NCBI GenBank assembly: GCA_964035575.1
Contig: OZ037834.1
Span: 682,001-746,000, forward strand
DNA from: Rhynchopus sp. YZ270_cl-10
Taxonomy: Eukaryota
Reading direction: 5' to 3'
Length of the DNA stretch: 64,000 nt
The notes beneath the pieces are model-generated. The model made no database searches, was not told the origin of the DNA, and saw only the letters and a program-made list of their open reading frames with translations. This document shows positions 42,679-54,196 of this stretch, piece by piece (the first letter of the stretch is position 1; every line of letters begins with the position of its first letter). The translations under genes and the position numbers were made by a program.

Positions 42679-44488
42679 CACCATGGACTTGTAATGACAT
42701 TACGTGACGAGGGACGAGGGAAATTACGTGGGAAATTACGCGCGCAATGACGTCGTCACGACGCGGGCACCCCCTCGTAATGACGACGTCATGACGTGGG
42801 GTTTTCCTCGTCACGACGACGGCATTACGACGTCATGACGAGGGGTGCCCTCGTAATTACGAGGGGACCCCTCGTAATTACGAGGGGTGCTCCCGTGGTC
42901 ATTGTCTGGCTATTGCCTCCCAGGGAAAGGGACTCTCGAATTTTTTTTTTTTGCCCCTATAAAGGGCTAATTTCGACGATTTGAGGCCATTAAAAGCAAA
43001 ATTTGATGCTTTTGAGCATCTGTGGGGGTCTAAAACGCGTTTTTGCGGTTTTTTTTCCTCCTTCCCCCATATTTTTCTTTACCGACTACTTTGGCTCAGC
43101 ATAAAAAAATTTTTAAATAAAGGTCGAGATTTAGGTAGTGGCCAAGTAAAAGAACACAATTTTTTAATGGACCATCTGGGGGTACACAAATACGCAGTTC
43201 TCCTCTCAAAAACCACGGATATTTTACGATATCCTGTGTCCATTATAATACCGTAATCGTAAGAATTCTGGGAGGGTAATATTTCTTGTTTTTTTCTGTT
43301 CCTTTTTCCACCACACCTCCAAAAACACCCTCACAGGATGACAGTATACAAAAACATGATAAACGATGAAAACCCGCAACTCTACGCCACAGGTTCTTTC
43401 TTCCTCTGGGAAACTCTTTGTCAGTCACTGCTATAGCCATTTAACCCAGGGAGCATAGCTAGTGCAAGAAATTCGACTTCGGGATCCGGAAAGTCTGTCC
43501 TCTGCTCTTGCGGAGGACTAGGCACAAGAAAATATTGCGTTCCCCCAGGAAACTAATTTTTGTCACAGTAATTTTTGCCCAGGGCATGCTCTTGAAGCAT
43601 GGCGGCTTGGTGTGAGAAGGGGCAGTGTGTTGTTTTGTTCTAGATTTCAACGGTTGTTAGAACGAGTCAAGTGGATGCTTATCTAAACACTGACTTTAGT
43701 ACAGACCCGAGAGATCACACATGACTTTGAGGAAAGAACAAAGCAATGCATCTGTACCCGCACGCCAGGTTGTAGTTACTTCAGGATTTTCTTAAGTTTG
43801 CATGAAAGAGAAGGGGGCGAAACCTTTGTATACGTCTACGACGAAGGTAGTAGCCTAATGACAACCATGTGGTGGCTGTAATTCACATCCCTTAGAATTA
43901 CCAGAATTCAGCCTTTGTTGAAGTAATGTGCATACTTGTATGTGCGTGTCACGCTTCTCCACCCTTAAATGGGTGCACCGCTCGGTGAGCAGTGGTAACC
44001 CTTCTCGACTAGTGCAAACTTAAGAATTTTCTGCTGTAACTTACCAAAATCGATTTTCTCACCCCAAACACCCGCAACACCCCACCTGCTACTTCGGTAG
44101 CCTGTGTTGTTGGGAGTTGGTTCTCATGTTGATCCCCAGTGTCTTGCACTGCTTCTTCTGAGCCCAACGCTGTTTGGCCTGTCGACGTAATAAATACGAA
44201 GACAGGGCGGCGGTGCCAACAATTTTCCGATGATGTAACGTTTTATCTGATTGATTTATCGTTTGATATACCTTGTGTGTGCTACTTCATGCACACCCAA
44301 GCAAGGTATATTGAAAGGTACTTTCAAGCGATACTTCGTTATGTCATTGGGGGTACCTGGGTACCTGGGTACCTGGGTGCCCACGTCATGACGACGTCAT
44401 GACGAGGTAATTACGAGGGGGTGCCCTCGTCAAGGCACTCGTAATTACCTCGTCATGACGCGCGTAATGTCATTACGAGTCCATGGTG
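42679..44488. mobile_element. Non-autonomous TIR element A (1.8 kb) with TCGTAATTACGA/CGTCATGACG subterminal repeats
   Basis: TIRs CACCATGGACTTGTAATGACATTACG / CGTAATGTCATTACGAGTCCATGGTG. No transposase ORF and no clean TSD. Confidence 0.75.
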
Positions 44489-44719
44489 AACATAATTAGC
44501 TACCTTTTTTGTCACCTCATGAAGGAGGAAATAGAAACAAAGCATTTTGAACACACTTTTGCGGTTCTAGGGACGAACCGCGCTGCAGAGCCCACTCCTC
44601 ACCAAACAGGTCGAGGTGTTGTGCGTTTCACCACAAACCTCTCCCATGGGGTTTATTGTGTGATGAGTGATAAGTTTCTATTTCTTTCGTTTTCAAACAC
44701 ACACCCCTTTTCTTCACAG

Positions 44720-46840
44720 TTCCCCATCGGGTCGCAGGTCTACAGCAAGTTCAAAACCGGCCCCAACTCCCTTCTTGGGAGGGTAGTGAACCACCAGCAT
44801 GGTCGCGTGGTGATTCAAGGGGTATGCAAATTTCTTCCATCCACATTCCCCTCACGCTTGAATGCTCAACCTCATGCTGAATCACCCCCTTCCCTCCCCC
44901 CCTTCTCCGCACAGACTGATGGGATGGTCACCGACTACCCGCCGGATGAACTCTCAGACGAGCGCACGCAGCACACACAACACCACCCCCCACCCCACGC
45001 CGTGCGACAACACCACCAGCCGCCCCTCGGGGCCCTTTCCCCCTCCCAGCCTCAGCAGGGAGCGTCGCACCCACACCCACCACACTTTGCCGACCACCGT
45101 GCAGACGCCTTCGATGCACCCACACCCCCTACCGCGCCATACCAACGCGACACCTTCAGGAACGGCTCTTACGTACAACACAGCAGGGACCTCCCGTCAC
45201 AACCCCAACCGAGAGTCTCCTTCACAGACGCACACCGTTCCGTTTCTCCAGCGCGGTCGCCTACGGGTCGCCCCCTTCTCTCTCGAGACCATGCTACACC
45301 ACAGACTCGGTCGATGCCTTTACCGTTTACTCCGCCATCACAGCATCATGGGCGAACACATGGTCTTCTTCAGGCAGCGCCGACCGCTATCGTTAATAAG
45401 AAATGCCCGTTGTGTGGGCATGAGGTGTCTGATGGGGGAGGTGGAGGTGGAGGAGGTGGTGGAGCTGGGAGTTCAATCCCTCCTTCGTCACGTATACCTA
45501 CTGTGGAATCAGAGAGAGACGATGAGTCGCGATGTACCACAGAGGCCCCTATGCAGAGCATGGCGTCCACGTATAAGGTGAGCGAAAGCGAGCATAATGG
45601 GCGTACAATAGTCGAGATCGAACGGCGTGTAGAAGTCCCCGTCGAGAAGATTGTGGAGGTGGAGGTGGAACGCATCGTCGAAGTCCCTGTTGAGAAGATT
45701 GTCGAAAAAATTGTGGAGGTGGAGGTGGAAAAAATCGTAGAAAAGATTGTGGAGCGCATTGTGGAGGTGCCAGCCCCGGTTCAGACGGTTGAGAAGGAGG
45801 TGGAGGTGGAGGTGATCCGGGAGCTGGTCAAAGAGGTTCCAGTACATACGCTTAAAGAGGTGGAGAAGCTGGTTGAAGTGCCCATAGAAGTGGTGCGAAT
45901 TCAAGAGGTGGAGCGTCGCGTGGAGGTTCCTGTGGAGGTGGAGAAGCAGGTCCCAATGCAGTTAATCCGTGAGGTAGAAGTCCCCAAGCTCGTTGAGGTG
46001 GAAAAGCGTGTTGAAGTCCCGATATATCATACAAAACTCGATGTGGTCGAAAAAATCGTTGAAATTCCGTTTGAACGAACCAAATTGGTTGAAAAGATTA
46101 TGGAGAAGGAGAAAATCGTGGAGGTACCTATTGAATCGACGAAGATCGTTGAGGTGATCAAAACGGTTGAAATTCCGGTGGAAATCACCAAAATCGTTGA
46201 AGTCGAGAGGATTGTTGAGGTGCCTATTGAAATCACCAAAATCGTTGAGGTCCCTGTCGAGCGAGTAGTTGTTGTCGAAAAGGAGGTAGAACGCATCATC
46301 GAAGTACCCAAAGTAGTTAACGTCGACCGGGTCGTCGAAGTGCCTAAGATGGTCGAAGTCCCGAAAATCGTAGAGGTTGAGAGATACATCGAAAAAGAGG
46401 TACAGAGCGATACCGCTGTCAAAGCCTTAGCCGATAAGGACGCAGAGGTGGCAGAGCTTCGTTCCATTCTAGGGAAGCTCAGTGCAGAGGTTCGCGTCAT
46501 GGTGGAGGAGAAGGACGGGACCATATCAACCTTAAATGAGAGGGTGTCTCGATTAGAGAATGTGAGAGATTTGTTAGCGTCAGAGCTGCGAAGGGAGAAG
46601 GAGGCGACGGCAGCAACGACGGTGCGGGCTTCGCAGGCGATGGATGTGGTGATGCAGGAGCGGTCTGCTGCAGAGGCGTCGGCGGTGATATCAGCGCAGG
46701 CAGCGATGCAGGCAGCTGCGGCGGCAAATTCATTGGCAGAAGCGTCGTCGCCACGAGCGTATATCTCTCTCAGTGGTGGTGGGAGAAGTGGACCGATTCA
46801 AACGCAAAAGGATCTTTCTCCAGCGAGGTTTAGAGGGTGA
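44720..46840 (+). CDS. Articulin/epiplastin-like VPV-repeat protein with C-terminal coiled coil; true 5' exon not located; probable intron 44822-44914
   Basis: About 270 aa of VEVPVEKIVE/ERIVEVP repeats and a CPLCG motif. Acceptor TTCACAG at 44719; in-frame GTATGC...CACAG intron. Confidence 0.75.
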   Translation, partial: FPIGSQVYSKFKTGPNSLLGRVVNHQHGRVVIQGVCKFLPSTFPSRLNAQPHAESPPSLPPFSAQTDGMVTDYPPDELSDERTQHTQHHPPPHAVRQHHQPPLGALSPSQPQQGASHPHPPHFADHRADAFDAPTPPTAPYQRDTFRNGSYVQHSRDLPSQPQPRVSFTDAHRSVSPARSPTGRPLLSRDHATPQTRSMPLPFTPPSQHHGRTHGLLQAAPTAIVNKKCPLCGHEVSDGGGGGGGGGGAGSSIPPSSRIPTVESERDDESRCTTEAPMQSMASTYKVSESEHNGRTIVEIERRVEVPVEKIVEVEVERIVEVPVEKIVEKIVEVEVEKIVEKIVERIVEVPAPVQTVEKEVEVEVIRELVKEVPVHTLKEVEKLVEVPIEVVRIQEVERRVEVPVEVEKQVPMQLIREVEVPKLVEVEKRVEVPIYHTKLDVVEKIVEIPFERTKLVEKIMEKEKIVEVPIESTKIVEVIKTVEIPVEITKIVEVERIVEVPIEITKIVEVPVERVVVVEKEVERIIEVPKVVNVDRVVEVPKMVEVPKIVEVERYIEKEVQSDTAVKALADKDAEVAELRSILGKLSAEVRVMVEEKDGTISTLNERVSRLENVRDLLASELRREKEATAATTVRASQAMDVVMQERSAAEASAVISAQAAMQAAAAANSLAEASSPRAYISLSGGGRSGPIQTQKDLSPARFRG

Positions 46841-47700
46841 GTGAGGGGGGGGAGGGAAAAAGTCTAGGCCAGACCCCCGGCCAATTTTTTCAAAACAAAA
46901 TGACAGTGGAGATTGCACAACTGTGGACAACACAACCAAGGCAACTACACTACTCCAACAATTTATCACAAAAACAAAAAATGAAGATGCAAAAACTGTT
47001 TGTTTATGCGTTCTTGAGGTCAAGCGTAACGATATGTGTACCGTAATATTGTTCCACGCTCCCCCAAAAACTGAAAATGTTCCACGTTTTTTACGGTCCA
47101 CTATTTGTATGCTTACGGTATAGCAAAATAAGGGATTCATCTATGGGCGACATTGTTGTACATATCCTGTCTAGGTAGAGATGGTTGTCGAGTATACAGC
47201 AAAAAATAAAACAAAAAACAAAAATGGAAAAAAAGGAAGGAATGATGCAGTGTGCGGAGAAAAAAAACGAGAAGGATTTAGTTATCCATCTGGAAAGGGA
47301 AAAAAATGCGGGGACATGTAAAAGAGTGTGTAATGAAAACAATAAATTATCAAAAACAACAGTGGAGCTTGCACTTATGGCAACTACACTACTCCAACAA
47401 TTTATCAAAAAAGGGGAAAGTAAGGGTGATTGGTGTGGCTGAAGAGGGGGGTGCTGTTTTGAGCTATTTTCTGCGATTTTCTGCGATTTTTGGGGTTGTC
47501 GGTTGCACCAAGTGATGAGGTTTTTTTTTTGACACATCATTCCCAAACGTCGGCTCTGTGTTTACACAGACTGAGAATGGTCATTAGTAAGGCAAAGAAT
47601 TTTCCCAAAGCTACCCCTGCCCTTGAGAGGGCTATATTTTTTGTAAGGTGACTAAGCACGAGAGGCTTAGGATCCATCTTATAAACTTTTCTTTTGTTTC

Positions 47701-47848
47701 AATGGTGTTACCGATCTGCTGTCGGGGACATGTCACCGACATGTCAAGGACATGTCAATATAGGGGGGGTGTGTCATTTCCCCCTGTAAACCTTGTGTCA
47801 AGGACATGTCAAGGACCTGTCAATATGGGCCCTGTCGGGAACACCATT
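47701..47848. mobile_element. MITE-like element with GACATGTC internal repeats
   Basis: TIR AATGGTGTTACCGA / TCGGGAACACCATT (one mismatch). Confidence 0.6.
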
Positions 47849-48943
47849 CAAGGTGACTATTATCACGAGCTCATTTTACCGACCTTTTTTGGTCTCTCTC
47901 TCTCACTCTCTTCTTTATAGTACTTAGATGGTTGTACACAGCAAACCCACGTATTCATCTTTGCCAGGGTTTCTCTTTGAATTTGTTTTTCCACCCCCTT
48001 TTTTGCAATTGTCAACTTTTTTGCTCAAAAAAAAGGTATACTTTTCCACACACCCCTTGGTGGTTGGCACAACCACCCTCAGGGAAACACCATTTCTCTT
48101 TTTTCCCTAGAGTAAGCAATTATATATCAGATGTAAACCACTGAACTGCATTTAGGACTGCACTGGTTGGGTTTGCCCACCCTCCCTCGGGGTACATGCA
48201 TGGTCATTGTACCAAAGGGTACATTGTTCACGAGAGGGCTTTTTGTATTTCAACTCTCTAATTATATGAATGCCACATGGCCCCTGTGCATTAAATACAG
48301 TGTGCACGAGAGAGGCACATTTTTATCAAGTTTTTCTCTTAAATTTGACCCAAGTTAGATCAACCAACCTGTTTTTTTCCTGCTTTTTTGAGGAAATCCC
48401 TCCATTCGCCCTCTCTCTCTCTCTCTCTCTCTCTCTCCCCTTCCACAACCATAGTCATAGAAAATGTTTAGAAACTAAAAAAAAAGGCTCCATTCTCTTT
48501 CTCGTAACTACGTCATGGGTCACACATCCCCATGTTGAAGGTTTCTTCTTAGACGTTCTTTCGTTTTTTAACTCCCTTTCTTTCCCTTTAGGACTCCTTT
48601 TCTGCCCTCCTTTCCTTGAAGTTCAAAATTTCTTCGCTTCTCTCAAAAAAAGCGTAAATTTTTTCCTTACTAATCACCACAAAATAAAAAAACACACACA
48701 CACACCACCACCATCACCACCACCACTCCAGAGAGAAAAAAACCAACAATCCACTTACACATATTTTTCTCTCCCTCTCTCTTCCTCCCCCTTTCCCCCC
48801 TCCACCCCCCACACCTCCAAACATGGGGTAACCCTCTCTCCCTCTTCCCCCTTTTCCCCCCCCCTCCCCCTTTTTAAGGTGACTAAGCACGAGAGGCTTA
48901 GGGTCATCTTATAAACCTTTCTTTCTTTTGCCCGCGAGGCACT

Positions 48944-51900
48944 ATGGAGGTACTTCCCCCTCCAGTGGTGTCCCCTCAGGGCTTCAGCTCCCCATTGTCC
49001 CCACTGTCATCCTTGCTTTCAACTAAAGGGGTGTATGAGGATTCGTTGGCGCAGGTTTTAGCGGGGAGGGTGTTGTCGTGTGTTCCGAAGCTGTTGTTGG
49101 AGCAGCTGGCGGAAGGGGAGCCGAGGCAGGGGAATAGGGAAAGTGAGGCGGTGCTTTTATTCGTCGATATCTCAGGGTTTTCGTATTTGGCGGCAGCGTT
49201 GCAGAACCGATCCCTCGATGGGGCGGATGCGCTGTCACATCATCTCAACACCTATTTCGGCGCGCTTCTTGACATAGTAGAATCAGAGCACGGTGATGTC
49301 CTCGATTTTAGCGGCGACGCTCTCCTCTGTGGTTGGTATGGAAACTACTCCACCGCGCTGCCTCATGCGTTGCGCTGTGGTAAGGCGCTGACCGCTACTT
49401 CAGGTGTTCCATTTGACATAGGTGACACTGCGTTTACCATGAACGTTCATGTAGGTTGTGCGTTGGGGAAGGTGACTAGCGTTATCGCGGGAGGGGTGGG
49501 GACACATGCCCTAGGTTTGTACCACCATTTTGTCATGGGGCCGGCTGTGGAGGAGGCTGGGGTTGCAGCGAATATTGCGCAACGTAGCGAATTTGTGGTA
49601 GGTCCGTCTGCAATGGAGGAATTAGAAAAACTGTGTCTTAATGTGGATATTCGGGCATGCGGGTATGGGTATTCGGTAATAGAAGGGGTGGATAAATTGC
49701 AGTGTGACACCCCGCATATCACAGAATTACAACAATCCTGTCAAAGACTGCGAAGCAAATCCTTAACCGACGCAGAGCTGATACAAGGAGAACGGTACGG
49801 CCTGTCTTTGCAGGAAAAGGAGCGGAGAGGCCCCGACGACGTATTAGGTGTGTTGAAACAACGTGCAGGGTGTTTTCTGTGTGATACCTCAGTACAGTGC
49901 CTGCAGTTGAGACAGACCGGGTCGTTGCGGATTGTCTCCGCTGTGTTTGTGAAACTCTGCTACGTCGCCTCCTCCGTGAAGAAAACAAACCAGGCCATCT
50001 GCATTATCCAAAAACTCACCTCGCTTGCTGACGGATTGGTAAACAAGGTTATCATGGATGACAAAGGGGTTGTGTGTTTATGCCTATTCGGCGCCCCACT
50101 ACATGCGCATGACAACGATTCCGACCGCTCTATCCATTTTGCAGTCGCAGTAAAGCAACAACTCGAATCCTTTATCGGCGGGGTTGCCATTGGAATTACC
50201 CGCTCTAAGTCATTCTGTGGCTTGGTAGGAAACAGCTGGAGACAGGAATACACTGTATTGGGAGAAGGGGTGAACAACGCCTCCAGAGCCATGATGTACG
50301 CCTACGATTCAGATCCATCATTTCCCCCTATAGCGTGCGACGCGGAGACCGTAAAGACGTATGGCGGGGATACAGTCGCCTTTGAAAAATGGGATGTCAT
50401 GGCGTTACCGAAATTAGGGGATTCCGCGAAAATGCAGCTCTACCTCTGTAACGTTCAGTCACCGCAAACAGTCCAGCCAGACCCTTTATCGAGAATGCAA
50501 AGCTCATATGACCGTTCGGACCTTGCAGGGTCGACGTTAAACTCCTCATCAAGCCTGCTTCTTGCGGTTACCGACACAGCGCAGTCCTCCTCCTCTTCAT
50601 CGTTGTCCTCCTTTGTACGAAAGCTTGCCCCATCTCGTAGCTCTAACGCTCTTACCAGCGATAATGGGTCCTTTGGAAGTACTGCATTCACTCGATTGAA
50701 GTCATTTCGCCGCCAGAGGGCCTCCTACACAGTTTCTGAAGAGGCAGAAAGCAAAGACACCACAGTACGATCACGATCTGCATCGCCTGCCAGTGGAGAG
50801 AGTACCGTGTTTACGACGAACGACGTGGCGTTACCCACAGCAGCGGTGTTTTTGGGAGACCCATCTGGGGCGGGGGGTGCGAAGGCAACACAGCCCAATA
50901 CAAAACCGTTGGTCTTCATGAAATCGCTCCGTGAGGTGTCCGTAGTAGGCTGTTCGCAGGCGATCCGCAGAATGGCGACCTGGGTTGTCGTAGCCGAGAG
51001 GGCACCTTTTCTCCGTTGCGATGCTCCTTTGGTTGCATCAAATGGACTGTTTTTGCTGGGAAACCCGCTTCAAGGAAAGACCCTCCTTCTCGCCAAGGCG
51101 CAGGAAATGCTGGGGAGAAAGAGCATCGTCTCAGTCTCGTTTATGGGGTCGCATCCGGGGAAGGCCTTTTCTGCATTGCGGAAGTTGACGATGAGGTTAG
51201 CCGCGTCATTTAAGAGCATGCCAGGGAACGTTGCCATTGAGCATTTGCCCCTTTTGCATCACATCGTGGCAGTCGATGGTATTGCAGAACCCGGAGAAGA
51301 ACTGCTCCAGATGAGTGTCCCTGACGCTGCGGCTGCGCTGTGCAATGTTTTATTCGCGCTTTTGCATGCAACCTATTCATGGCCATTTGTACTTCTCGTT
51401 GATGATGCGCATTTATTAGATAATTGGTCCTGGTTTTTCGTCCAATCCGCGCTGTCAAGAGGGATTTCAGTGTTAGGGTGCAGAGAGGACAGCTGTTCTG
51501 GGGTTCCAACAAGCGCGCCATCGGATCTATCAGGGTCTCTTGCGGTCGGGATTCGACTGAGATTTGGGGAAAGTTTAAATTCCTCTGTTTCTCATAAGAT
51601 AGAGGAGCCGGCCTTAACAGAAAAGGCTTCCCCGTTTGAGCTTCCCCTCTTTCAAGAAGTGGAAACAGGAGGAGGAGGAGGAGGAGGAGGAGGCCAAGAA
51701 AAACTCCCTTTTCCCTCCATTGTAAACGCAATCAATGTATTATCAGACATCGAAGCATTGCGTATCCCACCATTAAGCGCCAATGAGGTCCACGACTGCA
51801 TTTTACAACTCTGTGGCGGGCATACTGTGGACCCCCGGATCGTTTCCTACACGATGCGTGTAACCAGAGGGGTTCCTGGGATTATCCGTCATTTAGTAGA

Positions 51901-54139
51901 TGGGTTGATTGCAAACGGGGCTATTAAGGTTCTTTCTATTGGGGTTACCGAGGCTGTGGTATCGTTGGAATCGTTAGGGGCGAACTGTGTGTCGTTAATA
52001 CCTTCTATGGAGGCTGTGGTCATGCTTCGGGTCGATGTGTTGCCGTTATTAGAACGCACCGTACTGTCGATGTGCGCTGTCACAGGGGAGGTGACTTCAC
52101 TCGATTCTTTGCAACAGTATTTAAGCTGCGGTGCGTATCGGTTGAAGAGGGGTGAAGTGATGGCTGGGGTGGCAGGGTTGGTAGAGCGCGGGCTTGTTAG
52201 CGCGGAGGGTGGGGTGGTACAGTTTTGCGACGTCTTTGTCCGCGACGTCATCTTCCAAGCGATGCTTCTCCGCGAACGCCAGCAGTACCACACCTGCATT
52301 GCCTGCACCGAAACGGGGTGTGCCGTTCCATCCCTCTCCCCTGCACACCATGCTATACACCCCCCTGACGGTGCTATCCAAATGGCCCCGGTATACTCTG
52401 CGCAGACCGAATCCTCCGGGCACCATTTATTCTGCGCCGAAATGTTTGCCCAGGCGTTGCCGTACCTGGAAGCTTGTTTTCATCATGCGATTTCGCAGGG
52501 GAACCTCGATGATGCTCAATTCTTTTTAAATCGAGTGGTATCCTGTGTAGAAGAAACCGGAAGGGGTGATATGGGGGATCGGGAGAAGTTGAAATGGTTG
52601 GTCCGAACGGTCGCGATTTTGAATGAACAGGGCCACTTTGATCTAGCATTTGATGGGGTCGGGGATCTCTTGAAATTGCAGGGGGTGTCGCTAAAGCAAA
52701 CCGTATGGAGTCGTTGCGCGAATATATTCCGTTGTTGTGGATCATCTTCATCTACGACAACTCTATCCGACGAAGGGCACGAAAACCATGCAGAGCAGGT
52801 CTTACTTCTTGCCTTAGAGAGTTTCTATTGGCAAGGCAATGCAGCTCAGTGCTTTGCGATTCTCAACGTATTGCACGCCCCTTCCGTAGTAAAGACATTC
52901 TTCAGCATCGTATCTGCCCAGAAAGAGGTGGGGGTAAAGCAAAGGGCGGTGATTGCAGCGGAGGTTGCGAAGTACTCGCTGTTGTATGGGATTTCTGCGT
53001 TGTTTTTGGCGGAAGAGGGGTCTCAGATGGTTCCTACTTCGGTCGCGTCGACGGCGATTGCGTCTGAAGTGACGTTGATACAGAATGTAGGGGTAGTAGC
53101 GAAGGTGCCGAGAGGATCGGTTCTTGAGGTGCCTCAAATTCCGTATGTAACGTTGTCGTTGGGCGGAGGCATTTCGCGGCCTTCGTTGTACCATTTGCTG
53201 CAGTGGGGGGTGGTGTTGCAGAGTGTTGCAGCATGCGAAGTGGACACCGCCTGCGATAGAACCGTGGAGCTTTTCGAATCCTCAGGGAGATTGGGGGAGA
53301 GGAGGGGGCGGTTGTTAGGGCTGCTGGCGTTTACGCAGATTCACCTTTCTTTTGGATTGTGGAGCTCCCCGAGGTATAGTGTAGGCGCGCTTAACAAAGT
53401 GATGATAGGAACACCAAGCAGTCCTGCGACAGGGGAGGAGGTGCATGAAACGGTTTTATCAGCGTTGGAGAGTTATGAAGGGGGTGAAGCGGATGTTGCG
53501 ATGCGGATGTATGGGGTAGGGGTGTTGGCGAGGTCGTTAGTGCATCTCAAGGATGCACAGTTAACACAATCCCAAGAGGTCGCTGAGGTGCTGTCGCAAC
53601 TGCAGGATCTTGCCTCAGATGAATGTTTGTTCAACACAACGTTGTACACTCCGGTCTTCGCGGCAGGGGTAATGGGGTTGTGTGAGGCAGTTTCTGTGTT
53701 TTTGTATCGGTTGAAAAGCAAAGGAATCGAAGTGGAGATGGTTCTATTCGATACGGTGCTGGCAGTCGCGAAAGAAGTGACAAAGGTGTATTCAATCTTT
53801 CGCGCTCAGTTTTTGTTTTGCAAGGCGTTGGGTGTGTGGCAGAGGGGTGGGGTGAAGAAAGCGGTGGTGGTGTTGTGTGATTGCATGCACGGGGGAGGTG
53901 GTGTCTTGAATGAGGATCCTGAAGGGGGAGCTGTGCACGGTCTGTATGAGCTGCGTGCTGCAGGGCTGTGTGCTTCCTTCGCACGAAACGGTGTTGTTCT
54001 CACTGAACAGCAGGTCACTACAGTGCGCAGAACCCTTGGCGTCCGTACCAAAACACATCTCAACTTCGTCGAACCAGCACGCACAGTGCTAAAACGCTTG
54101 AACATCTATGCGCCTGAATCGAATTCATTGTTGTTATGA
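48944..54139 (+). CDS. Soluble adenylyl cyclase-like protein (ADCY10/sAC architecture): tandem class III cyclase domains + STAND/AAA P-loop + helical repeat tail
   Basis: Cyclase motifs LLFVDISGFS, DVLDFSGDALL, VNKVIMDDKG..LFGAP, RQEYTVLGEGVNNASR. Walker A GNPLQGKT, Walker B LLVDDAHLLD, GVPG. Uninterrupted 1731-aa ORF. Confidence 0.88.
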   Translation: MEVLPPPVVSPQGFSSPLSPLSSLLSTKGVYEDSLAQVLAGRVLSCVPKLLLEQLAEGEPRQGNRESEAVLLFVDISGFSYLAAALQNRSLDGADALSHHLNTYFGALLDIVESEHGDVLDFSGDALLCGWYGNYSTALPHALRCGKALTATSGVPFDIGDTAFTMNVHVGCALGKVTSVIAGGVGTHALGLYHHFVMGPAVEEAGVAANIAQRSEFVVGPSAMEELEKLCLNVDIRACGYGYSVIEGVDKLQCDTPHITELQQSCQRLRSKSLTDAELIQGERYGLSLQEKERRGPDDVLGVLKQRAGCFLCDTSVQCLQLRQTGSLRIVSAVFVKLCYVASSVKKTNQAICIIQKLTSLADGLVNKVIMDDKGVVCLCLFGAPLHAHDNDSDRSIHFAVAVKQQLESFIGGVAIGITRSKSFCGLVGNSWRQEYTVLGEGVNNASRAMMYAYDSDPSFPPIACDAETVKTYGGDTVAFEKWDVMALPKLGDSAKMQLYLCNVQSPQTVQPDPLSRMQSSYDRSDLAGSTLNSSSSLLLAVTDTAQSSSSSSLSSFVRKLAPSRSSNALTSDNGSFGSTAFTRLKSFRRQRASYTVSEEAESKDTTVRSRSASPASGESTVFTTNDVALPTAAVFLGDPSGAGGAKATQPNTKPLVFMKSLREVSVVGCSQAIRRMATWVVVAERAPFLRCDAPLVASNGLFLLGNPLQGKTLLLAKAQEMLGRKSIVSVSFMGSHPGKAFSALRKLTMRLAASFKSMPGNVAIEHLPLLHHIVAVDGIAEPGEELLQMSVPDAAAALCNVLFALLHATYSWPFVLLVDDAHLLDNWSWFFVQSALSRGISVLGCREDSCSGVPTSAPSDLSGSLAVGIRLRFGESLNSSVSHKIEEPALTEKASPFELPLFQEVETGGGGGGGGGQEKLPFPSIVNAINVLSDIEALRIPPLSANEVHDCILQLCGGHTVDPRIVSYTMRVTRGVPGIIRHLVDGLIANGAIKVLSIGVTEAVVSLESLGANCVSLIPSMEAVVMLRVDVLPLLERTVLSMCAVTGEVTSLDSLQQYLSCGAYRLKRGEVMAGVAGLVERGLVSAEGGVVQFCDVFVRDVIFQAMLLRERQQYHTCIACTETGCAVPSLSPAHHAIHPPDGAIQMAPVYSAQTESSGHHLFCAEMFAQALPYLEACFHHAISQGNLDDAQFFLNRVVSCVEETGRGDMGDREKLKWLVRTVAILNEQGHFDLAFDGVGDLLKLQGVSLKQTVWSRCANIFRCCGSSSSTTTLSDEGHENHAEQVLLLALESFYWQGNAAQCFAILNVLHAPSVVKTFFSIVSAQKEVGVKQRAVIAAEVAKYSLLYGISALFLAEEGSQMVPTSVASTAIASEVTLIQNVGVVAKVPRGSVLEVPQIPYVTLSLGGGISRPSLYHLLQWGVVLQSVAACEVDTACDRTVELFESSGRLGERRGRLLGLLAFTQIHLSFGLWSSPRYSVGALNKVMIGTPSSPATGEEVHETVLSALESYEGGEADVAMRMYGVGVLARSLVHLKDAQLTQSQEVAEVLSQLQDLASDECLFNTTLYTPVFAAGVMGLCEAVSVFLYRLKSKGIEVEMVLFDTVLAVAKEVTKVYSIFRAQFLFCKALGVWQRGGVKKAVVVLCDCMHGGGGVLNEDPEGGAVHGLYELRAAGLCASFARNGVVLTEQQVTTVRRTLGVRTKTHLNFVEPARTVLKRLNIYAPESNSLLL

Positions 54140-54196
54140 AAGACGCCTTTTTTGTATTGAGCTCTTAAGGACGTTCTTGCTGTCCAACTGATTGAC

